This document shows, piece after piece, positions 1-9,578 of a stretch of 39,670 nucleotides of DNA. Position 1 is the stretch's first letter. Each line of letters begins with the position of its first letter. Source of the stretch: Desulfobacterales bacterium (GTDB lineage: Bacteria; Desulfobacterota; Desulfobacteria; Desulfobacterales; UBA5852); contig JASJED010000061.1 of the NCBI GenBank assembly GCA_030065585.1, forward strand, positions 1-39,670. The letters are read 5' to 3'. The position numbers and the translations under genes are program-made. The notes beneath the pieces are model-generated. The model saw only the letters and a program-made list of their open reading frames with translations. It was not told where the DNA came from and ran no database searches.

Positions 1-144
1 GCGCTGGGCAAAGACAAAAAGCGTCAGGGCGACACGCTGCATTTCGTTTGCCTGGAGGCGCTCGGCCGATCGGTGGTCATGCCGGTCGGCTTATCCACCT
101 TGGCCACCTTTATGTCGTCTATGTCGTCTGAATTCGTAGACTGA
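1..144 (+). CDS. aroB: 3-dehydroquinate synthase, C-terminal end (5'-truncated by window edge)
   Basis: Frame +1 is open from base 1 to TGA at 142-144. It reads ALGKDKKRQGDTLHFVCLEALGRSVV..., and the DKK...G..L.FV.LE..G pattern resembles the C-terminal segment of AroB proteins. It is absent from the ORF track because no start lies in the window. Confidence 0.45.
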   Translation, partial: ALGKDKKRQGDTLHFVCLEALGRSVVMPVGLSTLATFMSSMSSEFVD

Positions 145-340
145 TCCTGCCCAATCGACTTTTCCGGTATCACGGTCGTGGGCGCACCTGGACCCATCGC
201 CACCACTATTGCCTTTCTATCCTTCGTTATCCGATTCTCTCTGCGCCGGGGCTAGTTTAAAGTGCCATTATCCACGCGCGCGATCCAAAGCGCTCGGTGC
301 CTGCACGGCGTGGCAAGGATGTCGAAAGCTTCCTCAGGGG

Positions 341-379
341 TTGACAGACTGAGCAGGGAATATTATTTAGATAATCTAA
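341..379 (+). promoter_or_regulatory. Candidate sigma70-type promoter plus palindromic operator upstream of marR
   Basis: TTGACA (341-346), a 17-nt spacer, then TATTTA (364-369). The perfect inverted repeat TTAGAT-A-ATCTAA (367-379) overlaps the -10 element. The site lies in an AT-rich island about 70 nt upstream of the marR ATG at 449. Confidence 0.35.
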
Positions 380-448
380 TATTTAATTAACATTAATTTT
401 AGTGATATTAAAAATAAACGACACGTAAATATAGAGGGACATCGGTTA

Positions 449-943
449 ATGGCCAGAGACACACTGACGGAGCAGGCGCGCTATATTTTCACCACCGGCC
501 GGTCGATCCGTGATTTCGTGGACCGCAATGTGGCCCAATTGCTCGCCGCGGAGGGTAGCCGCAGTGTCTGTGGTGAGCTCTCGGTCAACCAGATGCATGC
601 GCTCATGCTGATTCAGAAGCGTGAAAAAGTCTCGATTTCGGAGCTGGCCGCGCTCATGGGGGTCTCGGCGCCGTCGGCTTCGGCCATGGTCGAACGGATG
701 GTGGAAAAGGGGGCGCTTACGCGCTCCCCCAGCGCCCGCGACCGTCGACGCATGGAAGTCCGCATCGCACCGGCCGTGCAGGAAGATTTCGAACGGGTCA
801 ATGCGGTGCTCCTGGCGGCCTTTGAACGGCTGGTCGCCAAAACCGGTGAAGAAACCGCGCGCATGTGGTGCGAAGTGCTGGAAAGGGTCAAGCAGGTGCT
901 GGACGCCGAAGAAACGGCTGTTCGCTCTAAAATACCCAATTAA
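449..943 (+). CDS. MarR family transcriptional regulator
   Basis: 164-aa ORF. It has a winged-HTH region typical of MarR (ISELAALMGVSAPSASAMVERMVEKGALTRSPSARDRRRMEV). It sits directly upstream of an efflux operon. Confidence 0.9.
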   Translation: MARDTLTEQARYIFTTGRSIRDFVDRNVAQLLAAEGSRSVCGELSVNQMHALMLIQKREKVSISELAALMGVSAPSASAMVERMVEKGALTRSPSARDRRRMEVRIAPAVQEDFERVNAVLLAAFERLVAKTGEETARMWCEVLERVKQVLDAEETAVRSKIPN

Positions 944-963
944 AATGATGGACGCATGTCATC

Positions 964-2328
964 ATGAAGAATAGCCATTCAATTGCCAAAAAGCCTAAGG
1001 CCATTCATCGGCTGATTATCTGTGCCATCGTTCTGCTGACCGGGGTCGGCGCCATGCTGGCCCTGGCGTCCATGAAAAAGCCGCCGGCCGAAGCGCGCCT
1101 GGACGAGCGCCCCCTGCACGTGGAAGTGTGGCCAGCGCGCTCTCGGGATGTGCCGGTTATCATCAGCGGGTATGGCGAAGCCCGGCCCTTGGACATGGTC
1201 ACCATTTCACCTGAAGTGTCAGGCCGGATCGTCATGAGTCATCCGCAGCTTGAGGCCGGCGAAATCATTCCCCGGGGGGAGGTGCTGTTCCGAATCGACG
1301 ATCGCGACTATCGCGCGGACCACAGCGAAGCGAGCGCTGCGGTGCAGCAATGGCGCAATACGATTTTACGACTGCGCAAGCAGGCCGCCATCGATCAGGA
1401 GCGCCTCAAAACTTTGCGCCGCAGTCAGGGGCTGGCTGAAGACGAGTTCGACCGACTCAAGAATCTATTCGAACAAGATCGTGTCGGCACGCGCTCCGGT
1501 GTCGACGCCGCCGAACGGGCGGCCAATACAGCACGGGATCAGGCCGATCAGATGGATCAGGCGGTGACACTCTACCCGATTCAAATCCGCGAGGCCCAGA
1601 ACAGCCTCAAAGCGGCCCAAGCCCGGCTGGAAATCGCCGCCATACGCCTGGAGCGATGTGTGGTTTCCGCGCCGTTTAGCGGACGCGTGCGCAGCGTGTC
1701 AATCGAGCAAGGCCAGTATGTCACCGCGGGTGTGGCCGCCGTTACCCTGGCCGATGACGCCATCCTCGAAATCCATATCCCCATCGATAGCCGCGACGCA
1801 CGTCAATGGTTGCGTTTCGAGGCCGGTTCACTGCCGCCCAGCGGTGCATGGTTCGGTGATCTGGAGCCTGTCACCAGCCGGATCACATGGACCGAAGCCC
1901 TGGACGGCCAGCACTGGGAAGGAACCCTGCATCGGGTGGTGGCTTTCAACAAGGAGACCCGCACGCTAACCGTCGCGGTGCGTATCAGTGCGGCAGAGGC
2001 TGTTTCCGGCGCACCGGCGCAGATGCCCCTGGTGGAGGGGATGTTTTGTCTGGTTGAAATTCCGGGCAAGTCCATGCGTCAGGTGATCGCGCTGCCGCGC
2101 TGGGCCGTCAGTTTCGAGAATACCGTCTATGTGGCCCGCGATCAGCGGTTGAAAACCGTACCGGTCCGGGTGGCCCGCATCCAAGGAGATCGGGCTTATA
2201 TAGCTGAAGGCTTGCAAGACGGCGAGCAAATTATTGTCACACGGCTGGTCGATCCACTCGAAAATACCCTCTTGAAAATCAGCGAGGCGGCGGATGCGAA
2301 GGTGTCAAGCGATGAAAAGCCGTCCTGA
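964..2328 (+). CDS. Efflux RND transporter periplasmic adaptor subunit (HlyD/MFP family)
   Basis: 454 aa with an N-terminal TM anchor (LIICAIVLLTGVGAMLALA). It has a lipoyl/coiled-coil/beta-barrel layout (VSGRIV..., LFRIDDRDY, long QA-rich coiled coil). It sits between marR and the RND pump. Confidence 0.9.
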   Translation: MKNSHSIAKKPKAIHRLIICAIVLLTGVGAMLALASMKKPPAEARLDERPLHVEVWPARSRDVPVIISGYGEARPLDMVTISPEVSGRIVMSHPQLEAGEIIPRGEVLFRIDDRDYRADHSEASAAVQQWRNTILRLRKQAAIDQERLKTLRRSQGLAEDEFDRLKNLFEQDRVGTRSGVDAAERAANTARDQADQMDQAVTLYPIQIREAQNSLKAAQARLEIAAIRLERCVVSAPFSGRVRSVSIEQGQYVTAGVAAVTLADDAILEIHIPIDSRDARQWLRFEAGSLPPSGAWFGDLEPVTSRITWTEALDGQHWEGTLHRVVAFNKETRTLTVAVRISAAEAVSGAPAQMPLVEGMFCLVEIPGKSMRQVIALPRWAVSFENTVYVARDQRLKTVPVRVARIQGDRAYIAEGLQDGEQIIVTRLVDPLENTLLKISEAADAKVSSDEKPS

Positions 2329-2386
2329 GATCTTGGCGCCCGAGATTTCAACGCGCTAGGTTGTCAAAGCCCCGATTAGGTTCCCT

Positions 2387-5300
2387 ATGAGATCGCTCTT
2401 AAAGGCCTTTGCGCGCAACACTGTCTTTGCCAACATCGTGCTGGTGATGATTTTTTTGACCGGTGGCATGGCGGCCGTGTCCATGATCCGGGAAACCTTT
2501 CCCGAGTTTTCGCTGGATATGATCACGATTGCCGTGGACTACCCCGGTGCGGATCCCGAAGAGGTGGAAGAGGGGATCAGCCGCAAGATCGAAGAAGCCA
2601 TCGAAGCCGAGGAGGGCATCAAGCAGTATACCACCAAATCGCGTGAAAATCGGGCCAGCGCCACCATCGAAGTTCGGGAAAATTACGATGTGGCCCAGGT
2701 GCTGGCCGACGTCCGCAGCAAGGTGGACGCGATTTCGACGTTTCCTCAAGACGCCGAGGAGCCGGTGATCAGCGAGTTGATGCTCAAGGATCCGGTCATG
2801 CTGCTCTATCTATCGGGCGACATGAACGAGCGGCGCCTCAAGGAATGGGCCGAAGAAGTCAAGGACGACCTGCAGCAGTTGCCCGAAATCTCCCAGGTGA
2901 CCCTCTACGGTATCCGAGAATACGAGATCGCGATCGAGGTCAGCGAACAACGCTTGCGGGAGTATGGGCTGAGCTTTGATCAGGTGACCGCGGCGGTTCG
3001 CCAGAGCAATCTCAACCTGGCCGGCGGCACGCTTCGCACCGAGGGGGAAGAAATCCGGGTGCGGACCATGGGCCGCAAATACACCGGCAAGGAGCTGGCC
3101 TCGATCGTCGTACTGGCCACGCCCGAAGGCGATATCATCACGCTCGACCGACTGGCACGCATCGTGGACGGTTTTACCGAGGACCCCATCCAGGCCACCA
3201 TCAATGGCGCGCCCGCGGTCACCATGATTGTCTACAAGACCAAGGAGGAAGACGCCCTGGTGATCTCCCGCGCCGTGAACCGCTACGTGGCGCAGAAAGC
3301 ACAGCAGATCCCGCCGGGAGCCAATCTCAAAGTATTATACGACAACACCGATATGCTGCGGGCCCGCATCAATCTGCTGCTCAAAAACGGCATCATCGGG
3401 TTGCTGATCGTGTTTATTTTGCTGTGGATGTTCTTGAACGTCCGGCTCAGTTTCTGGAGCGGCATGGGCATTCCCATTTCCATCGCCGGTGCCATGGCCA
3501 TCCTGTGGGCCATCGGCGGCACCATCAATATGGTATCACTCTTCGGTTTTATCATGGTGCTGGGGATCGTGGTGGATGACGCCATTATCGTTGGTGAGGC
3601 GATCTATCATCACCGCAAGTCGGGAAAACCGCCGTTGCAGGCGGCGGTGGATGGCGTCAGCGAAGTGGGCCTTCCGGTGTTGGCCGCCGTGGTGACCTCG
3701 GTAGTGGCCTTTTTACCCCTGGCCTATATCAGTGGGATCATGGGTAAATTCATTGCCATCCTGCCGATGGTCGTAATCGCCTGCCTGGTGGTCTCGCTGT
3801 TGGAATGTCTTTTTCTGCTGCCGGCCCACCTCAGCCATCTGCCCGATCCCAATCGCCCGCCAAGCAATTCGGACCGGCTCTTGAGGCGCCTGGAGGTGGT
3901 ACAACGGACCACCAGCCGGGGCATGGAATGGTTTGTGGAACGAATCTACACGCCGTTTCTGCGGGTGGCCATCAACTGGCGCTACGTTTCCCTGTGCTCC
4001 GCCGTCAGCATCCTTATGGTGGCGTTGGGGCTAGTCATGGGGGGCATCCTTAAATTCGAAGTGTTTCCCGAGTTGGACGGGTTCGTCATGACCGCCACGG
4101 TGGAATATCCCAACGGCACGCCGCCGGATGTCACGCGACGCGCCCTGCGCCAGGTGGAAGAGGCCCTGATCGATCTTGAAAACCAATATCCCACCAAAAC
4201 CGGTTTGCCGCTGGTGAAACACCGTTTGGCCTTGGTGGGACAGACCCTGGAAGACTGGCCCAAGAGCGGTCCTCACCTCGGGTCGGTGCAGGCAATTCTG
4301 CTGGACTCGGAGGAACGTGGTACCCATTCCCGTGATCTGATGGTGGCCTGGGAAAAAGCCGTCGGCGTCATTCCCGGTGTCAAGGCCCTGACCTTCACCG
4401 GCATGGAAGCCGGTCCACCGGGTGCCCCCATCGAAATCTGGATTCAGGGCCGGAATATGCCTGAAATCCTGGCGGCTTCCGAAGATCTCATGGCGCGTCT
4501 GCGAAAATTCGACGGGGTTTTCCAGATCCGCTCGGATTTTTCGCCGGGCAAGAATGAAATGCGTCTACGACTCAAGCCGCAAGCCCGTTCCCTGGGGCTG
4601 ACGGTCGACGACCTGGCCCGCCAGGTCTATGCGGGCTTTTACGGTGACGAAGCCCTGCGGCTGCAGCGGGGGCGGGATGACATCCGTGTCAAGGTGCGCT
4701 ATGCGGCCGACGAGCGGCGCAGAATCTCGGATATTGAGAATATTCGCATCCGCACCCACGAGGGGCGGGAAGTGCCCCTGCTTTCGGTGGCAGACGTCCA
4801 ATTCACGCCGGGCTATTCGACCATCACGCGAACGGATGGCATGCGGCGTGTGGCGGTCAGCGCCGACGTGGATACCAACAAGGCCAACGCCAATGAAATC
4901 TTCAACGAATTGGCCGCCAATTTTTTTCCCCAGCTGGAGCGTCAATACCCCGGTCTGTTGATTGCCCAGAAGGGCGAAAAGAAAAAAATGAAGGAGTCCT
5001 TCACCAGCCTCAAGATCGGATTTCCCTTGGCGGTGCTGGGAATCTTCATCATCGTCGCCACCATTTTCCGTTCCTACGCCCAGCCCTTTATCATTCTTTT
5101 CACCGTACCATTCGGCATCATCGGCGCGGTGGTCGGACACTTCCTCCTCAATTATGATCTCTCGCTGATGAGTATTTTCGGGATGGTCGCCCTCACGGGT
5201 GTCGTGGTCAACGATGCCATCGTGCTGATCGAACGGATCAATGAAAACCTGGCGCAGCGGCAGCGCTTTTTCGAGGCCATCATCAATGGCGGGCGACGAC

Positions 5301-5629
5301 GCTTCCGGGCCATCATTCTGACCTCTTTCAGCACAGTTGGGGGGTTGGCCCCCATGATTCTGGAAACCGATCTGCAGGCTAAGTTTCTGATCCCCATGGC
5401 CCTGGCGCTGGCCGCCGGTGTGGCTTTTGCCACCGTGCTGACTTTAGTGCTGATCCCCAGCCTGCTGGTGATCTTGAACGACCTGCGCCGGTTGGTGTAT
5501 AAACTGCGCCATCACCACTGGCCCACCCGGGAGCAGGTGGAGCCGGCCACCAAACGTAGGCCCCAAGCGGAAACGGGCGGCGAGGCGGCCGACATGGCAT
5601 CGGCGGCGGTGTTGACACGGTTGAATTGA
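2387..5629 (+). CDS. Efflux RND transporter permease (AcrB/AcrD/AcrF family)
   Basis: 1080 aa. It shows the duplicated 6-TM plus large periplasmic loop architecture and conserved RND motifs (GIVVDDAIIVGE, TGVVVNDAIVLIE). Confidence 0.95.
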   Translation: MRSLLKAFARNTVFANIVLVMIFLTGGMAAVSMIRETFPEFSLDMITIAVDYPGADPEEVEEGISRKIEEAIEAEEGIKQYTTKSRENRASATIEVRENYDVAQVLADVRSKVDAISTFPQDAEEPVISELMLKDPVMLLYLSGDMNERRLKEWAEEVKDDLQQLPEISQVTLYGIREYEIAIEVSEQRLREYGLSFDQVTAAVRQSNLNLAGGTLRTEGEEIRVRTMGRKYTGKELASIVVLATPEGDIITLDRLARIVDGFTEDPIQATINGAPAVTMIVYKTKEEDALVISRAVNRYVAQKAQQIPPGANLKVLYDNTDMLRARINLLLKNGIIGLLIVFILLWMFLNVRLSFWSGMGIPISIAGAMAILWAIGGTINMVSLFGFIMVLGIVVDDAIIVGEAIYHHRKSGKPPLQAAVDGVSEVGLPVLAAVVTSVVAFLPLAYISGIMGKFIAILPMVVIACLVVSLLECLFLLPAHLSHLPDPNRPPSNSDRLLRRLEVVQRTTSRGMEWFVERIYTPFLRVAINWRYVSLCSAVSILMVALGLVMGGILKFEVFPELDGFVMTATVEYPNGTPPDVTRRALRQVEEALIDLENQYPTKTGLPLVKHRLALVGQTLEDWPKSGPHLGSVQAILLDSEERGTHSRDLMVAWEKAVGVIPGVKALTFTGMEAGPPGAPIEIWIQGRNMPEILAASEDLMARLRKFDGVFQIRSDFSPGKNEMRLRLKPQARSLGLTVDDLARQVYAGFYGDEALRLQRGRDDIRVKVRYAADERRRISDIENIRIRTHEGREVPLLSVADVQFTPGYSTITRTDGMRRVAVSADVDTNKANANEIFNELAANFFPQLERQYPGLLIAQKGEKKKMKESFTSLKIGFPLAVLGIFIIVATIFRSYAQPFIILFTVPFGIIGAVVGHFLLNYDLSLMSIFGMVALTGVVVNDAIVLIERINENLAQRQRFFEAIINGGRRRFRAIILTSFSTVGGLAPMILETDLQAKFLIPMALALAAGVAFATVLTLVLIPSLLVILNDLRRLVYKLRHHHWPTREQVEPATKRRPQAETGGEAADMASAAVLTRLN

Positions 5630-5649
5630 GCAAAGGCCAGGGAGTTGCA

Positions 5650-7077
5650 ATGCAAACAATGCACACGCTGAAAAACATCGGGTGCGCTGCCACTTGCGCA
5701 CTGCTGTGGATGGGACTGACGCTTGGCAACGTTCGTGCCGAAAATGGCGTCATGGCGGACAACGCCGCACGGATCGACTGGGATGCCATCGAGATCTTGG
5801 ACATCGAAACGGCCCAGCGCATCGGTCTTTTACAAAACCCCAATTTGCGGGCGGCTTCGGAAAGGGTCAACCAGGCCCGTGAGCGGGTGCGCCAGGCCCA
5901 GGCCGCTTATTGGCCGACCGTCGATACGGAAGGTTCATGGCGGCGTGAGGAAATTTCCAACAACCAACGAAAGCAGAGGGTCATTACGGGTGGTGAGACG
6001 GTCCGCGCGGGGAGCGACGATGATTCCACGAATATCTATCGTGTCGAAATGATCACCACCTGGACCGTTTTCGACGGCTTCCGCCGTCACTACGACAATG
6101 CCCGGGCGCGCTTCGGCGAAGAAGAAAACCTGGCATCGCTCAAGGAAGCCCGGCGTTTGCTGCTATCGTCGATCGCCGACAACTACTATGTCGCCCAGTT
6201 GGCCATGGAAAACATCCGCATCGCCGATGCCGACGAAGAATTCAACACCCGCCAGCTCGAAGAAGCCCGGGCCCGCATGCGGGTGGGCACCGGATCATTG
6301 AGCGACGTGCTCAATTTCGAGGTCCAGGTCAACGCGGCCCGCTCGGCGCGCAACGGTTTCGAGCGGGACTACCGTCTGGCCATGATCGGGCTGGCCGCGC
6401 TGATGGGTATTCCCGATGCGGGTTTGCCGGATTCTTTGAAGTTATCGCCGCTCAAGCCGGAAACCGACAAGGATCTGGCCATGCCCCCGGATACGGAAAA
6501 TATCGATTACGCCCTGGAGCACCGCACCGATATTCAACGTGATCAGTCCATCGTCAACCAGGCAGACGCTGGGGTGGGCATCGCCCGGGCTCGGTATTGG
6601 CCGGCGCTCGAATTCCGGGCCTCGGTGGACGGCGAACAGAAGAATTCCGTGGATTATGAAAAAGATGATTTCGGCAGCACGGTGGGCTTGTTTTTAAGCT
6701 ACCCGCTGTTTACCGGTGGTGAGCGCCGCTCCCGGCTGGCCGAAGCCAAATACATTAAAAACGAAGCCGAGGACAATTTGGACGCCACCCGCATTGGCGT
6801 GGCCTCCGACGTGCGCGAGGCCATTGCCAACGTGGTGACCGCCCAGCGCGAACTGCTCCTGCAACAGAACAACGCCGAATTGGTCAAGCGCAATCGAGAC
6901 CTGGTGGACAAGGAGTACAACGCTGGGCAGGCTTCCCTGGTGCGGCTCAACGAGGCCCAGCGTGATCTGAATCAGGCCACCAGCCAGCTGGCCCTGGCGC
7001 GGGTGGGACTGCGCCAGACCTGGAAGAATTTGAATGTGGCCACGGGGCGGATATTGCAGCCCTTCGAAGCCCCCTAA
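5650..7077 (+). CDS. TolC-family outer membrane efflux protein
   Basis: The track ORF starts at a TTG at 5626 that overlaps the RND stop codon. The in-frame ATG at 5650 has AGGGAG six nt upstream, so I use it. The protein has a signal peptide and two OEP repeats (RARYWPAL, YPLFTGGERRSR). Confidence 0.9.
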   Translation: MQTMHTLKNIGCAATCALLWMGLTLGNVRAENGVMADNAARIDWDAIEILDIETAQRIGLLQNPNLRAASERVNQARERVRQAQAAYWPTVDTEGSWRREEISNNQRKQRVITGGETVRAGSDDDSTNIYRVEMITTWTVFDGFRRHYDNARARFGEEENLASLKEARRLLLSSIADNYYVAQLAMENIRIADADEEFNTRQLEEARARMRVGTGSLSDVLNFEVQVNAARSARNGFERDYRLAMIGLAALMGIPDAGLPDSLKLSPLKPETDKDLAMPPDTENIDYALEHRTDIQRDQSIVNQADAGVGIARARYWPALEFRASVDGEQKNSVDYEKDDFGSTVGLFLSYPLFTGGERRSRLAEAKYIKNEAEDNLDATRIGVASDVREAIANVVTAQRELLLQQNNAELVKRNRDLVDKEYNAGQASLVRLNEAQRDLNQATSQLALARVGLRQTWKNLNVATGRILQPFEAP

Positions 7078-7374
7078 CCCGCGAGGCCTGTCTGAAGGGG
7101 CATCTTGCGGTCCCCGGGCGGCGTTCTCGCCTCCTGTCAATCCTCGACGTAGCGTGTGCTACGCCTGATAACTCAGAACGGCTTCGTCATCGGCCGCCAA
7201 GTCGCAGCGGTTTGTTAAACACCGCGTTTTGAAATTAAATTCGTTGTGAAATTCCGCGGCAGGGTAGGTCCGGGGAGCGGAAGCGCTCCTATCAGTTAGG
7301 TTGCGACGGTCGCAGACCAAGTGCTGGCGCTCGCCCGGTTTTGACGCCATCGCAAGAGATCCTGCCAACGGGTA

Positions 7375-8559
7375 TCATCCATGGCGTCGCATGACATTGG
7401 CGAGCAGGGCGATGGCCCTTTCCAGGGTGGGGCCGTCGGCCATGGTGAAATTGAGGCGCAGGGTATGGCGGCCCTGGTCTTGATCCACAAAGAAAAACTG
7501 ACCCGGTACATAGGCCACGCCATTTTCCACGGCGTGGGTGTAAATCCGCAGCATGTCCATCCCTTCGGGGCCCTCCACCCAGACGAACATGCCGCCTTCA
7601 GGGCGCGACCAGCGGAAATCATCGGGGAAAGCGTGCGCCAATGCATCGATGATGGCCGCTTTGCGGGGGCGGTAGAGATCGATGATCCGGGGCAGGTGGC
7701 GGTCGAGATAGCCGCCGGCAATGTATTCGGCCGCCAGGGCCTGGCCGTAGGTCCCGGTATGCAGATCCACACCCTGCTTCACCAGCACAAGCCAGTTTTG
7801 AATTGGAAGCGGGGCCACACAGTAGCCCAGACGCAAACCCGGGGCGAAAACCTTGGAAAGGGTACCGATGTAGATCACATTCTCCGGCGCCAGTGACTTA
7901 AGCGAGGGCAGGGCTGCGCCCTCGTAGCGCAGATCACCGTAGGGGTCGTCCTCGACCAGGAGGGTACCGTAGTTTTGGATGATCTTGGCCACGGTCCGGC
8001 GCCGCGGCATGGAAAGCGTGCGACCGGTGGGATTTTGAAAATTGGGCACCAGGTAGACAAACTTGACGGCCCGGTGCTTGAGAACCTCTTCCAGCGAATC
8101 CGGTATCAGACCATCGTCGTCGCAGACGAGCGGCAGGTATTCCGGCTCATAGGGGGTAAAGGCCTGCAAGGCGCCCAAATAGGTCGGGGACTCCACGGCA
8201 ATCTGGTCCCGCGGCGAAATCAAGGTCTTGCCGATGCCATCCAGAACGCCCTGGGAGCCGCTCGTGATCAAAACCTCTTCGGCGCCAACCGGAATGCCCC
8301 GGGTCGACAGACGCGCCGCCAGTGCTTCGCGAAGCGGGGGAAACCCTTCGGTCAGACCGTATTGGAGCGCATCCGCCGCATAGGTGGCCAGGACCCGGCC
8401 ATTCAACTCGGCAATGAGTTCCAGGGGGAAACTCTCCGGGGCGGGAATGCCTCCGGCCAACGATATCATGCCGGGCTGGGAGGCCACTTTCAGGATTTCG
8501 CGGATGGCGTTGACATGCATGCGTTGTGTTCGTCGGGCCAGCAGATTCTGGAAATTCAT
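7375..8559 (-). CDS. PLP-dependent aminotransferase, class I/II fold (aminoadipate/kynurenine-type)
   Basis: 394 aa. It has N-terminal INAIREILK...ISLAGGIPAPE, the PLP lysine motif TLSKVFAPGLRLGY, and NFQNPTG. Confidence 0.9.
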   Translation of the reverse strand: MNFQNLLARRTQRMHVNAIREILKVASQPGMISLAGGIPAPESFPLELIAELNGRVLATYAADALQYGLTEGFPPLREALAARLSTRGIPVGAEEVLITSGSQGVLDGIGKTLISPRDQIAVESPTYLGALQAFTPYEPEYLPLVCDDDGLIPDSLEEVLKHRAVKFVYLVPNFQNPTGRTLSMPRRRTVAKIIQNYGTLLVEDDPYGDLRYEGAALPSLKSLAPENVIYIGTLSKVFAPGLRLGYCVAPLPIQNWLVLVKQGVDLHTGTYGQALAAEYIAGGYLDRHLPRIIDLYRPRKAAIIDALAHAFPDDFRWSRPEGGMFVWVEGPEGMDMLRIYTHAVENGVAYVPGQFFFVDQDQGRHTLRLNFTMADGPTLERAIALLANVMRRHG

Positions 8560-8614
8560 GGCAGCTCCTTAAAAAAAGACCGGTCGGTATTATTGAAAGA
8601 TAAAATTTTTTAGC

Positions 8615-9217
8615 TCAGGCTTCAGATTTCAAAAGTGCCAGATAGATCTGCAACTGGCGGTTGGTTCGTCGCAGAACCGCCTTGTCACGGCTGGCGGCGA
8701 AAAGGGTGGCCGCACCGTTTAAAGTAATCACGATAAAATTGGCCACCTCCTTGAAGTCCAGATCGGAACGCAGCTGGCCGCGGTAATCGGCTTCCTTGAG
8801 CCAGTTCTGGAAGAGTTTGGCAAACCCCACAAACCCCTTGAGAATATGCCGGCTCATGGTGGCGGATTGTCCCGATAGCTCGACCAGCATGTTGACGAAA
8901 AAACAGCCGCCATCGAAAATTTCCCCCTCCAAATAGCGGCGCAGGACATGGTCGCAGGTTTTGGCGATGCGCTCGAGCGGATCGGCCACCGAACGCAGAT
9001 CCTTGAAAACCGTCTGGCGCCAGACGCGGACGGCTTCGTCGTAGACGGCATACCAGATGTCTTCTTTGCTCTGGAAGTGGCAGTAAAGACCGCCTTTGGT
9101 CAATTGCGTCGCCGCCAGGATATCGCTGATGGAGGTGTTGAAGTAGCCCTTGACCGAAAAAAGGGGCAGGGCTTCCTCAATGATGCGCTGGCGGGTGCGT
9201 TCGCCCTTGTCGGCCAT
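8615..9217 (-). CDS. TetR/AcrR family transcriptional regulator
   Basis: The N-terminal HTH reads RTRQRIIEEALPLFSVKGYFNTSISDILAATQLTKGGLYCHF. I chose the ATG at 9217, which has AAGGA seven nt upstream, over the track start at 9247. It lies upstream of, and co-oriented with, the aminotransferase. Confidence 0.9.
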   Translation of the reverse strand: MADKGERTRQRIIEEALPLFSVKGYFNTSISDILAATQLTKGGLYCHFQSKEDIWYAVYDEAVRVWRQTVFKDLRSVADPLERIAKTCDHVLRRYLEGEIFDGGCFFVNMLVELSGQSATMSRHILKGFVGFAKLFQNWLKEADYRGQLRSDLDFKEVANFIVITLNGAATLFAASRDKAVLRRTNRQLQIYLALLKSEA

Positions 9218-9578
9218 GGGTTTATCCTTAAATACAGAAAGTACCAACCGGTCTTTATTTATATTGGCGAGGCGCTTTTGTCAATACCACAGGCCATGTC
9301 AACGCCACGCGTCGGGCTTCCTGATGACAACAGGCGCCCGAAGCTCTATAATGCGATTGGTATTTCACCGTCTGACCCCGCGTGTAAAGAGCGATCGCTC
9401 TTGCCGGATGCGGTCGCGCTCGTTAAGACCGTGCTGGTAGGCCGGAAATCCTTTTGCTTTTCCGGGGCAGCGGTCGCCTCGCGATCGACCGGGTCCGCTT
9501 TGCGGCTTCGGCGGCCCATCCACGACCCGATTGCAGAGAAGACAACCAACTGGGGATAAATCGCACAGAAACAAGTCT

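Noticed and set aside
7203-7230. Weak hairpin GCGGT-ttgttaaac-ACCGC followed by GTTTT between the convergent tolC-like and aminotransferase genes
   Set aside because: The stem is only 5 bp and the T run is short, so it is not strong enough to call a terminator.
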